Positions 1 to 10,167 of a DNA stretch of 12,785 bases are shown piece after piece. Both the position numbers and the translations under genes were made by a program. Numbering within the stretch: the first letter of the stretch is position 1; each line of letters begins with the position of its first letter. This stretch comes from a virus. Lineage: Duplodnaviria; Heunggongvirae; Uroviricota; Caudoviricetes. The notes beneath the pieces are model-generated. The model was not told where the DNA came from. It did not search any database and saw only the letters and a list, made by a program, of their open reading frames with translations. The stretch is from IMG/VR virus record IMGVR_UViG_2563366819_000004; one strand, given 5' to 3'.

Positions 1-1074
1 TCATTTGTCGATTTCAATTTTGTCCCATTCCCGTCCACGGCGGTCCCTATACCGCGCCGCCATTGAATCTGATTTATGCCCGAGAAGACGTTGAGCAAAC
101 TTATCGCCAATCTGGTTCCGGTATAGCCTCGCTGACAGGCTACGCAGTTCATGGAATGTTGGCGGGTCTCCATCAAATGAGAGTCCAGATGCATTTCTCG
201 CCTTTGTAAAATACTTCGATACTGTTTTAGGGGAAAGCGGATCGTGATGCTTTGATGCGATTATAGTTTCACTGCCGCTGGCCTCCCTGCATTTCTGTAG
301 TGTATCAGCCAATGAGATATTGAGCGCGTCAATCGTTAGCGTTAGCGGAATGGCGAGCTTAGCCCCTGTTTTACTCTGTTCAATGTGAAGATGGTTGTCG
401 TTTATGTCTGACCATTTCATTCTACACAAATCGCCCACTCTCTGCCCTGTAACGACCGCCAAATCCATTGCCAGCCTCAGCCAGATTGGGAGAGGTTCGG
501 CTGCATGGTAAATCGCGACATACTCATTAGCCGTCAGCCTTGAGCGCCTTACTTCTGACTTTGCTGTGCGGGTCGCTGTTACTGGATTCGTTTCCACATG
601 CCCCTCGGCTATTGCCTCACGAAAAACGTCAACAAGGGTTGACCTGATTAATTTTGCGGAAGCCGCTTTACCTTCTGCTACGTAGGTGTTTAGCATTGCT
701 GCCACCTCTTTCGTTGATATGTCAGTGAGCGGTTTGTCCGGCAATTTTCTTCGAATTGCCCTGATTTTGCTGGCGTAGTCGAGTAGAGTTTTCGGTCTGA
801 TACCCCTCTCGCTGATGATTGTTTCATATCGGTCAAGCCACGTATGAAGAGTGATTGCGTCAGCGCCTTTAATCCTGTCGATCAGTGACTCACGCCTGCT
901 CTCGGATAGCAACTCAATATTGGCCTGAATGGCCTCTGAAACTGCTATCCTTCTGTCTCTGCCTAATCCGAACTCTTTACCCGTCCTTGGGTCCCTGTAG
1001 CAGTAATATCCATTGTTTCTTATATAAAGGTTAGGGGGTAAATCCCGGCGCTCATGACTTCGCCTTCTTCCCAT
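1..1074 (-). CDS. int: Tyrosine site-specific integrase, lambda Int-type (357 aa, complete)
   Basis: Translation begins MGRRRSHERRDLPPNLYIRNNGYYCYRDPRTGKEFGLGRDRR and ends RGREWDKIEIDK, which I recognise as very close to phage lambda Int. ATG at 1074..1072, stop at 3..1. Overlapped at its 5' end by xis, as in lambda. Confidence 0.95.
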   Translation of the reverse strand: MGRRRSHERRDLPPNLYIRNNGYYCYRDPRTGKEFGLGRDRRIAVSEAIQANIELLSESRRESLIDRIKGADAITLHTWLDRYETIISERGIRPKTLLDYASKIRAIRRKLPDKPLTDISTKEVAAMLNTYVAEGKAASAKLIRSTLVDVFREAIAEGHVETNPVTATRTAKSEVRRSRLTANEYVAIYHAAEPLPIWLRLAMDLAVVTGQRVGDLCRMKWSDINDNHLHIEQSKTGAKLAIPLTLTIDALNISLADTLQKCREASGSETIIASKHHDPLSPKTVSKYFTKARNASGLSFDGDPPTFHELRSLSARLYRNQIGDKFAQRLLGHKSDSMAARYRDRRGREWDKIEIDK

Positions 1075-1270
1075 TTCTGATCCTCTTCAAAAGGCTACCT
1101 GTTACTGGTCGATTTAAGTCAACCTTTACCGCTGATTCGTGGAACAGATACTCTCTTCCATCCTTAACCGGAGGAGGGAATATCCTGCACTCGCGTACCC
1201 ATCGACGAACTGTTTCAAGGCTTCTTGGGCGTCGCTGGCGTGCGTTCCACTCCTGAAGTGTCAAGTACAT
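1052..1270 (-). CDS. xis: Excisionase Xis (72 aa, complete)
   Basis: Translation MYLTLQEWNARQRRPRSLETVRRWVRECRIFPPPVKDGREYLFHESAVKVDLNRPVTG.LLKRIRNGKKAKS is essentially lambda Xis from memory. Overlaps the int start by 23 bp, the classic lambda arrangement. Confidence 0.93.
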   Translation of the reverse strand: MYLTLQEWNARQRRPRSLETVRRWVRECRIFPPPVKDGREYLFHESAVKVDLNRPVTGSLLKRIRNGKKAKS

Positions 1271-1375
1271 CGCAAAGTCTTCGCAATTACACGCAAGAAA
1301 AGCTGCATTGATGCGGCAATGGTAGGTCTGGATATCTTGAGAAATGAACAGGCCTCATCGAGTGTGAGGCTGTGG

Positions 1376-1657
1376 TTAGTCCTTGCGTAACTCGCTAATT
1401 CTTCTGTAAGTCTCTGGTGCTTTGTTTCCGTGTATCTTCATTTCAGACTTCAACAGAGCAACGAGGGAATCCCATTCGTTGAGGATGCCTTTGAATGCCG
1501 GAACGCGCTTTGCAACCTTGTCGAATGAATCTCTGATTTCTGGAATCTGCTCAACAAGTGCAACGCATCGTCGGAAATCGGCTGCGTCATGTGGAGCGCC
1601 GAAGTGATGACCATAGATATTCTTTTTCAGTCCACATGCGATTGAGGCAAGAGTTGC
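1376..1657 (-). pseudogene. 3' portion of a small leftward accessory gene split by the IS100-like insertion
   Basis: The minus-strand ORF has no ATG; it opens with TTG immediately inside the IS boundary. Removing the IS and one copy of the target duplication joins it in frame to the fragment at 3614..3681, giving a 114-aa protein MSDLAMKVLKWQSTGDVGISSATLASIACGLKKNIYGHHFGAP...RRISELRKD. Product not recognised. Confidence 0.6.
1653..1657. repeat. Target-site duplication GTTGC (left copy) of the IS100-like insertion
   Basis: GTTGC immediately precedes the IS left terminus TGT at 1658 and recurs at 3614..3618 right after the right terminus ACA. A 5-bp duplication fits the IS21 family. Confidence 0.65.
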
Positions 1658-1685
1658 TGTTACCAACGGTGCAAAACTGATCCAC
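1658..1685. repeat. IS100-like left terminal inverted repeat
   Basis: TGTTACCAACGGTGCAAAACTGATCCAC matches the reverse complement of 3586..3613 (TGTCAACAACGGGTAAAAAGTGATCCAC) at 22 of 28 positions. Confidence 0.55.
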
Positions 1686-1715
1686 CCCAGCGGTTGAAAA
1701 TTGATCCAGGGGTTA

Positions 1716-3545
<1,830 letters not shown>

Positions 3546-3585
3546 ACAAGGTGGATCAATATTAAACCGTTGGTGGTGACGGTTA

Positions 3586-3613
3586 GTGGATCACTTTTTA
3601 CCCGTTGTTGACA
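3586..3613. repeat. IS100-like right terminal inverted repeat
   Basis: Reverse complement matches the left terminus at 22 of 28 positions. A second inward copy of the motif, ACCAACGG followed by TGATCCAC, lies at about 3551..3577. Confidence 0.55.
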
Positions 3614-3681
3614 GTTGCGCTACTGATGCCGACATCGCCAGTCGATTGCCATTTCAAAACCTTCATAGCCAAATCTGACAT
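3614..3681 (-). pseudogene. 5' portion of the same IS-split accessory gene
   Basis: Minus-strand ATG at 3681..3679 preceded by GGAG with about 8 nt spacing. Translation MSDLAMKVLKWQSTGDVGISSAT then runs into the IS right end and stops after 3 IS-encoded codons. Confidence 0.55.
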
Positions 3682-3756
3682 TTCTTGTCTCCATAAAACA
3701 AAACCCGCCGTAGCGAGTTCAGATAAAAGAAATCCCCGCGAGTGCGAGGATTGTTA

Positions 3757-3885
3757 TTCAATGCCGATATTTACCTTTATCGCGTATACCTTTACCGGTT
3801 TATCGCCAAAGTGTGGATGTGTGATTGTCTTTATTTCATATCCGTCATACGGGACGTCAATTCTACGACTGGAGTCGTCGCGCTT
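3757..3885 (-). other. Possible 3' remnant of a leftward early gene at the deletion junction
   Basis: Minus-strand frame ends ...[36 protein letters not shown] with stop at 3756..3754. There is no internal start; the upstream part of the frame is antisense to the coat gene, so only the tail can be genuine. Product not recognised. Confidence 0.3.
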
Positions 3886-4937
3886 CGGATAACGATTTCT
3901 TCGAGCTTCGTGCAGATGACCTGCGTGATGAGCGTTCTTACCGTCGCCGCATCCAGGCATCCGCCAAAAAACTGGCGAATAACATTGAGTCAGCGATTGC
4001 CAAACAGGCAACTGAAATGGGCTCGCTTGTTGTTCACGATACCCGCGCAATTGGTCCATCTACTGGCCTGTCTGGCTGGGATTTTGTGTCTGATGCAGAG
4101 CGCCTGATGTTCTCCCGTGAGCTAAACCGCGATATGGGCATCAGTTACTTCCTGAACCCTGACGATTACCGCAAAGCAGGCCGCAACCTGGTAGATGGTG
4201 ACATCTTTGGTCGCGTTCCTGAAGAAGCGTATCGTAACGGTACTATTCAGCGTCAGATTGCTGGCTTTGATGAAATTCTTCGCTCACCGAAACTTCCGGC
4301 AGTTACCAAGTCAACCGCTACTGGTGTAACTGTTTCTGGTGCGCAGAAGTTTAAGCCGCAGGCATACACCCTTGATACCGATGGTAACAAAGAGAACGTC
4401 GACAACCGTGTTGCAACGGTGACCGTATCCTCCACCACCGGATTTAAGCGCGGCGACAAAATCAGCTTCACTGGTGTGAAATTCCTGTCTCAGATGGCGA
4501 AGAACGTGCTGACTGATGATGCGACTTTCTCAATCACCCGTGTGATCGATAGTACTCACATCGAAATCACGCCGAAGCCGATTGCACTGGATGACGCGTC
4601 ACTGACAAAAGAAGAGAAGGCTTACGCTAATGTAAACACCTCTCTTGCTGATAACACTCCGGTGAACGTTCTGAACGTGGCAACAACCACCGCTAACGTG
4701 TTCTGGGCTGATGACTCAATCCGTCTGCTGTCTCAGCCGATCCCGGTAACCCATGAACTGTTTGCTGGCATGAAAACGTCTTCCTTCAGCATTCCTGGTA
4801 TTGGTGTTAACGGCATCTTCGCAACGCAGGGTGATATCAACACTCTGTCTGGTAAGTGCCGTATTGCTGTGTGGTATTCAGCATGTGCTGTACGACCAGA
4901 GGCAATTGGTGTTGGTCTGCCTAACCAGACCGCGTGA
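3886..4937 (+). pseudogene. Major capsid (coat) protein, P22 gp5 type, 5'-truncated (about 80 N-terminal codons missing)
   Basis: From [32 protein letters not shown] to the C-terminus ...[14 protein letters not shown] the translation is collinear with P22 coat protein as I recall it. Upstream in-frame sequence shows no coat similarity and hits TGA at 3822..3824. No ATG or ribosome-binding site; the ORF track start at 3825 is TTG. Confidence 0.85.
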
Positions 4938-4943
4938 TAACCA

Positions 4944-4967
4944 GAGGGAGCTTCGGCTCCCTTTTTT
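4944..4967 (+). terminator. Rho-independent terminator downstream of the coat gene
   Basis: GGGAGC-TTCG-GCTCCC hairpin (6-7 bp GC-rich stem, UUCG-type tetraloop) followed by TTTTTT, starting 7 nt after the coat stop. Confidence 0.65.
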
Positions 4968-5030
4968 ATCTGGAGACAAGCATGACACACATGATCTTTC
5001 GCCATGGCAACATGAAGAAGTGGAAAGGCG

Positions 5031-5226
<196 letters not shown>

Positions 5227-5249
<23 letters not shown>

Positions 5250-5646
5250 TTTAGTTCTTGCGGCATTACGTAAGCTCGGTGTGGCATCAAATGCCACGTT
5301 AACCGATGTCGAACCTCAGTCCATGGAAGATGGTGTCAACGACCTTGAAATGATGATGGTGGAATGGCTTGGCGGTGATGCGTCACCAGGTATCAACGTT
5401 GGCTACATTTTCGCTGATGCAGATGTCGCTCCAGATCCGGGCGATGAGCACGGTTTATCAAATAACGCTATCAATGCCGTCATTTTCAACCTTGCCTGCC
5501 GCATTGCTCCAGATTATGCGCTGGAAGCGTCTGCAAAACTTATAACCACTGCCAGATACGGGAAAGAGCGACTCGTCAAACTGTCTGCAATGGACAGAGC
5601 AAAAGCCGCTAAATGTAAGTCCGGTTACCCGTGTTGGTCACCTTGA
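5227..5646 (+). CDS. Head-completion / portal-binding protein, P22 gp4-like (139 aa)
   Basis: First gene downstream of coat, as in P22-like gene order. ATG at 5227 with AAGG 9 nt upstream. Assignment is by position and size plus partial sequence recollection. An upstream in-frame ATG at 5122 would add a (QS)n leader but has no usable ribosome-binding spacing. Confidence 0.6.
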
Positions 5647-5726
5647 TGATGCGTACATGAGTAACGGAAAACCGGTAGGAATCACCCTCTATCAATTACC
5701 TCGTTCGAAATATGAGGAGCTAATAA

Positions 5727-6386
5727 ATGTTAGTACTTAGCAAAAGCTTCAAGAATAAATTGCTTCCCATGAATGGGTATATGAAAGGCGGCAGCGACTC
5801 CGGATCTAAAGCCCAGGCACGCGCAACTGAAAAGGGCATCGAACTGCAGCGTGAAATGTGGCAGACGAACATGCAAAACCTTGCACCGTTCACGCCACTC
5901 GCTCAGCAGTACGTATCACAGTTACAAAATCTTTCCTCTCTTCAGGGGCAAGGTCAGGCGCTTAACCAGTATTACAACTCCCAGCAGTATAAAGACCTTG
6001 CAGGGCAGGCGCGTTACCAGAGTCTGGCAGCAGCAGAGGCAACGGGTGGATTAGGCTCTACAGCGACAGGAAACCAGTTAGCAGCAATCGCACCTACACT
6101 CGGTCAAAACTGGCTGTCAGGTCAGATGAATAACTACAACAATCTGGCAAATATCGGCCTTGGTGCTCTTACAGGTCAGGCAAACGCTGGGCAGAACTAC
6201 GCTAACAACGTCAGCCAATTGTATCAACAGCAGGCGGCGGCAGCGGCAGCAAATGCCAATAAACCGTCTGGTTTTCAGAGTGCTCTCGGTAGAGCTGCGG
6301 CAGGTGCTGCGATGGGTACTGCAATCATGCCTGGTTGGGGTACAGCAATTGGTGCTGGCGTCGGCCTTCTTGGTTCACTTTTTTAA
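5727..6386 (+). CDS. Ejection (DNA transfer) protein, P22 gp7-like (219 aa)
   Basis: Strong GAGGAG 7 nt upstream of the ATG. Q/N/A/G-rich with a C-terminal glycine-zipper hydrophobic segment (GAAMGTAIMPGWGTAIGAGVGLLGSLF). Size and position match the first of three ejection genes in P22-like phages. Not verified by similarity search. Confidence 0.5.
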   Translation: MLVLSKSFKNKLLPMNGYMKGGSDSGSKAQARATEKGIELQREMWQTNMQNLAPFTPLAQQYVSQLQNLSSLQGQGQALNQYYNSQQYKDLAGQARYQSLAAAEATGGLGSTATGNQLAAIAPTLGQNWLSGQMNNYNNLANIGLGALTGQANAGQNYANNVSQLYQQQAAAAAANANKPSGFQSALGRAAAGAAMGTAIMPGWGTAIGAGVGLLGSLF

Positions 6387-6398
6387 TGGAGGTGTCTC

Positions 6399-7700
6399 TT
6401 GGCTACATGGCAACAGGCTGGTAATTCAGGCGCGCTTCTTGCCGGGTTAGGCGGCATGAACTCCAACGCTCCAAGAGCAAGTGATGCAGACGCCACGCTT
6501 GCATACATTCGACAGAATAACGAGATGGAGCGTTCAGGACGTAATAACGTTGGCTTGCAGGCTTTGCAGGGAATTTCATCTGTCATGGATATGTATAAGC
6601 AGATGGATCAGCAGAAGCGACAGCAAGAGTTTCAGCAGGCTTATGCTGATGCATATACATCTGGTGACCGCGATGCAATGCGAAAACTGGCATCACAGTA
6701 TCCTGAGCAGTTTGACGCTGTAAGAAACGGCATGAAATTTGTCGATGAAGACCAGCGTTCCACTGTCGGTACACTGGCAGCAAGTGCCAGACTCGCAGCT
6801 TCATCTCCAGAAGCCATGATGTCATGGTTGCAGAACAACTCATCTGAGCTTACTCGTGCCGGAGTAGACCCTCTGGATGTGGCGAAAATGTATCAGCAAA
6901 ATCCACAAGGTTTCACAGATTTTGTTGATCACCTTGGAATGGCTGCTCTTGGTCCGATTGACTACTTCAATGTTCAGGACAAGATGGCTGGTCGTGAAAT
7001 TGACCGAGGCAGGCTGGCAGAGACAATCCGCAGCAATCAGGCTGGAGAAGCACTAACAGCTCTAGGTCAGGACATCCAGATACGTGGACAGAACATCAGC
7101 GCACAGAATGCTGCTCTTTCCAGAGAAATACAAAGAGCAGAATTACAAGAAAAGGCTCTGGACAGACAGATAGCCAGAGAAAGTAATCAGTTAAAGCTTG
7201 AAGAGCTAAAACAGAAACAGGCAGATGTTCGGCAAAAGGCTGACATAGCCCGTGCTGACAGGCAGGCCGCCGCTCAGGGTGCAGTTGATACGTTCAGCAC
7301 CGCGCTTGATTCTCTCAACGAGATAGAGCAAAGCCCCGGCCTTTCAAAAGCAGTAGGAATTCGCTCAGCGTTTCCGACAGTTCCTGGCTCTGATGCGGCT
7401 AACTTTGAAGCAAGGCTCGACACCTTTAAAGCTCAAACTTTCCTTCCTATGGTGCAGTCCCTTAAGGGGATGGGGGCTTTTTCAGATGCTGAGGGTAAAA
7501 AATTATCCGATGCGGTTGGTGCACTAAGCCCCAAAATGAGTGAAAAGGCTTTTCGTGACTCTATCGGAAAGATTAGAAATCAGCTTGAAATCAAGTTGAG
7601 CACTGTTAAAAAACAGTTTGATTATCAGAAGCCAGTACAGAATACGCCAGGGCAACAATCTACTACTGGCAGTAACTTTTCTTCACTATGGGGTGATTAA
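6399..7700 (+). CDS. Ejection protein, P22 gp20-like (433 aa); TTG start
   Basis: GGAGG 6 nt upstream of TTG at 6399, 12 nt after the preceding stop. Coiled-coil-like central region. Size and order fit gp20. Stop overlaps the next start (TAATG). Confidence 0.5.
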   Translation: MATWQQAGNSGALLAGLGGMNSNAPRASDADATLAYIRQNNEMERSGRNNVGLQALQGISSVMDMYKQMDQQKRQQEFQQAYADAYTSGDRDAMRKLASQYPEQFDAVRNGMKFVDEDQRSTVGTLAASARLAASSPEAMMSWLQNNSSELTRAGVDPLDVAKMYQQNPQGFTDFVDHLGMAALGPIDYFNVQDKMAGREIDRGRLAETIRSNQAGEALTALGQDIQIRGQNISAQNAALSREIQRAELQEKALDRQIARESNQLKLEELKQKQADVRQKADIARADRQAAAQGAVDTFSTALDSLNEIEQSPGLSKAVGIRSAFPTVPGSDAANFEARLDTFKAQTFLPMVQSLKGMGAFSDAEGKKLSDAVGALSPKMSEKAFRDSIGKIRNQLEIKLSTVKKQFDYQKPVQNTPGQQSTTGSNFSSLWGD

Positions 7701-9696
7701 TGGCTAAAGCATGGAAAGATGTTATCGCCTCTCCACAGTATCAGGCGTTAGCACCAGAACAAAAAGCGAAGGCGCAGGAGCAATACTTCAATGAAGTCGT
7801 TGCCCCGCAAGCCGGAGAAAATGCAGAGCAGGCTAAGCAAGCTTTCTATGCTGCCTATCCATTGCCATCTGCGCAGCCAGTGGAGACACAGCAACCAGTA
7901 GCACAGCAACAACCACAGCAAAGTGGATTTATGTCTGACCTTGGCGAAGCAGTAAAAGAGACTGGTCGCGGACTGGTGCAGGCCGGCGTGAAAGTGGCAA
8001 ACATACCTGCATCAGTTGCCGATGCTGTAACAAGCGCGGCGGCTTGGGCTGGCGGTAAACTCGGCATTGGCGATGGGACATATCAACCAGCGCCACGAGT
8101 AACAACGCAGGGATTAGAGCAGGACTTTGGCCTTCAGCAAGGCGCGCTGACTCCACAAACGACAGAGGGCAGGGTATTTGCTGAAGCATTGCCTTACCTC
8201 ACTCCTGCTGGTGTTGAGAGAGCGGCAACACAGGCACCAACACTTGCTGGTCGAATTGCTCAGGGGGCAACTCGCCTTCTCTTAGAAAAGCAGTTGGATC
8301 ACTTGCTGTAAATAGTGCGAAAGATGATGCGGAAGCACTCGCCACCGATTTAGGCGTTGGCGTTCTGTCTGGCGGTGCTATTAACGTTGCCGGACGTGGA
8401 TTAGGTGCTGCTTATCGTGGCGTTCGTGGCGCGATAGCACCCGAAGCGCAACAGGCTATCAGGTTTGCAGAGCGTGAAGGCGTACCTCTGCACACCACAG
8501 ACCTGTTACAACCGACTTCCCGCGTCGGGAAAATGGCGCAGACGACAGCGGAAAATATCCCTCTGGCTGGCACAAGCGGAATGAGAGCAACGCAACAGGA
8601 AGCGAGAAGCCAGTTGGTGCAGAGATTTGCCGATAAATTCGGTGAGTATGATCCAGCGGTTGTTATTGACAGCCTTAAAGCGAAAACATCAGGAATTCGT
8701 CGTGCCGCCGGTAATAGACTGGAGCAGGTTCAGAATGCTATGGCTGGAGTAAACATTCAGCCTGCGCGAGCAATTCAGCAGATTGATACAGAAATATCTA
8801 ACCTGCAGAAGCTTGGTAAGGTTGCTGATAACGAGACTATTTCAAAACTTCAGTCCTATCGTGATGAGCTTGTTCGCAATGCTGGTCCTGATGGTCCGGT
8901 AAATCTGGATTTGAAGCAATTAAGCGATCTGCGCAGCCAGTTCAGAATGGACGTGAAGGGTGAGCGACCAGTGTTACCAAACCGTTCCGATGCTGCCATT
9001 CAGCGCGTTTACAAGGCAATGACCGACGATATCAATGGTGCCATTGGTCAGAATCTTGGCAACGATACTCTCCGTAAATATCAGCAGGCCAATGCCGTCT
9101 ACGCTGACGAAGCGGCGAAACTAAAGAATACCAGGCTGAAGAATGGTCTCATGAAAGGCGACCTGACGCCGGAAGTTGTCAACAACATGCTATTCAGCAA
9201 GAACAAATCGGAAATTAAGACGCTGTATAACTCAGTTGGTCGTGTTGGCAGGGCGCAAATGCGCAATGGCATCATTGGAAAGGCGATGGAGAAATCAGGT
9301 GGATCCCCTGACCAGTTCCTTCGGCAGCTTAACATCCTGCAAAACCAGACTGGAATAACATTTAAGGGGCAGGATGGTGCTTATCTGAAAGGATTGAAAA
9401 ACTACCTTCAATCCACGCAGCAGGCTGCAAAAGCGGCAGTAACAACCCCCACAGGGCAGCAAACCATCCCGTTCATTATCGGGTATGGGACGGCAATGAA
9501 CCCTGCAACAACTGGCGCAGCAGTAAGCTACGGACTTCTTACTCGCACCTATGAGAGCGAGCCATTCAGAAATGCAATGCTCCGAATGGCAAACACTCCA
9601 CGCGGATCAACAGCGTTTGAGAAAGCCATGCAGCAAGCGCAAAAAGCGATTAATGCACTGACGCAGGGTGCGAAGTCTGATTCGTTGTCAGAATAG
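7700..9696 (+). pseudogene. Ejection protein, P22 gp16-like, interrupted by a frameshift (two ORFs: 7700..8311 and 8218..9696)
   Basis: The 7700 frame stops at 8311; a second frame is open from 8218 and continues to 9696 with no start codon until 8533. The overlap contains an A4 tract at 8286..8289; adding one A there fuses the frames into a single protein of about 665 aa (...ATRLLLEK/AVGSLAVNSAKDD...). Confidence 0.55.
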
Positions 9697-9785
9697 CTTT
9701 GCAAACACCAGGAGCGTGCAAAAACCAAATATGTAGAACGTAATATTCAGTATGTCTCTTTGCATAAATCCTCCGTAACTGATGG

Positions 9786-10046
9786 TTAGCCGCTGTCTTT
9801 TTTATATAGCTCTTTGAGCGTATCAAAGACAATTTTCTTAACCATATCAGATTGTTGTTCTGCCATACGCTCTGCATCGTCAATGTAAACTGATGCAGAG
9901 CTTTGTTTAGTCAATGATTCTTCAATCGCTGCAATTATCTCTGAGTTCAGCGACCTGTTATTCATCTTCGCGCGCTGTTTAATTTTCGCGTGGAGTTCAT
10001 ATGGAAGTCTCAAGTGAAACTGCGCCTCGTCGTATTTGCTGTACAT
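9786..10046 (-). CDS. mnt: Mnt-type ribbon-helix-helix repressor (86 aa)
   Basis: Translation MYSKYDEAQFHLRLPYELHAKIKQRAKMNNRSLNSEIIAAIEESL...DAERMAEQQSDMVKKIVFDTLKELYKKDSG is collinear with P22 Mnt as I recall it. Start taken at the second in-frame ATG (10046), which has GAGG 8 nt upstream; the ORF track start at 10079 has no ribosome-binding site. Confidence 0.85.
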   Translation of the reverse strand: MYSKYDEAQFHLRLPYELHAKIKQRAKMNNRSLNSEIIAAIEESLTKQSSASVYIDDAERMAEQQSDMVKKIVFDTLKELYKKDSG

Positions 10047-10167
10047 CCTTGATGCCTCACCAGTTGGGTGGAATGGCATCGTAACCTACTGGATAAATAC
10101 TCAATAGTACCATTTCGGTATGCAATCACATCATGGTTGCATCATATCATTCTTCTGGAGCAATGAT
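10047..10167. promoter_or_regulatory. Divergent intergenic control region between mnt and the tailspike gene
   Basis: 121-bp AT-rich spacer between divergent starts. Contains short inverted repeats (ATGCAA-N11-TTGCAT at about 10120..10142; TACT-N4-AGTA at about 10099..10110). No promoter or operator is proven. Confidence 0.35.

Noticed and set aside
1-60. Search for the attL core next to int
   Set aside because: The int stop codon is at positions 1..3, so the attachment site lies outside the window and cannot be assessed.
1350-1372. Short inverted repeat (GGCCTCA-N7-TGAGGCT) just downstream of the split accessory gene
   Set aside because: Stem is only 6-7 bp with one mismatch and the downstream T-run on the minus strand is weak; not strong enough to call a terminator.
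1139-1390. 83-aa plus-strand ORF overlapping xis and the xis-proximal intergenic region
   Set aside because: Antisense to the well-supported xis gene, with no ribosome-binding site or recognisable product; treated as a chance ORF.
3605-4107. Plus-strand ORFs 3605..3892 and 3742..4107 spanning the deletion junction
   Set aside because: Out of frame with the coat gene, no similarity to anything I recognise, and they cross a sequence scar; chance frames.
7700-9696. Programmed ribosomal frameshift in the gp16-like gene
   Set aside because: No slippery heptamer with a downstream structure that I can see, and ejection-protein genes are not known to use programmed frameshifts; a mutational lesion or homopolymer sequencing error is simpler.
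9650-9883. 77-aa minus-strand ORF overlapping the gp16-like 3' end and mnt
   Set aside because: Overlaps two better-supported genes in other frames; low-complexity translation; chance ORF.
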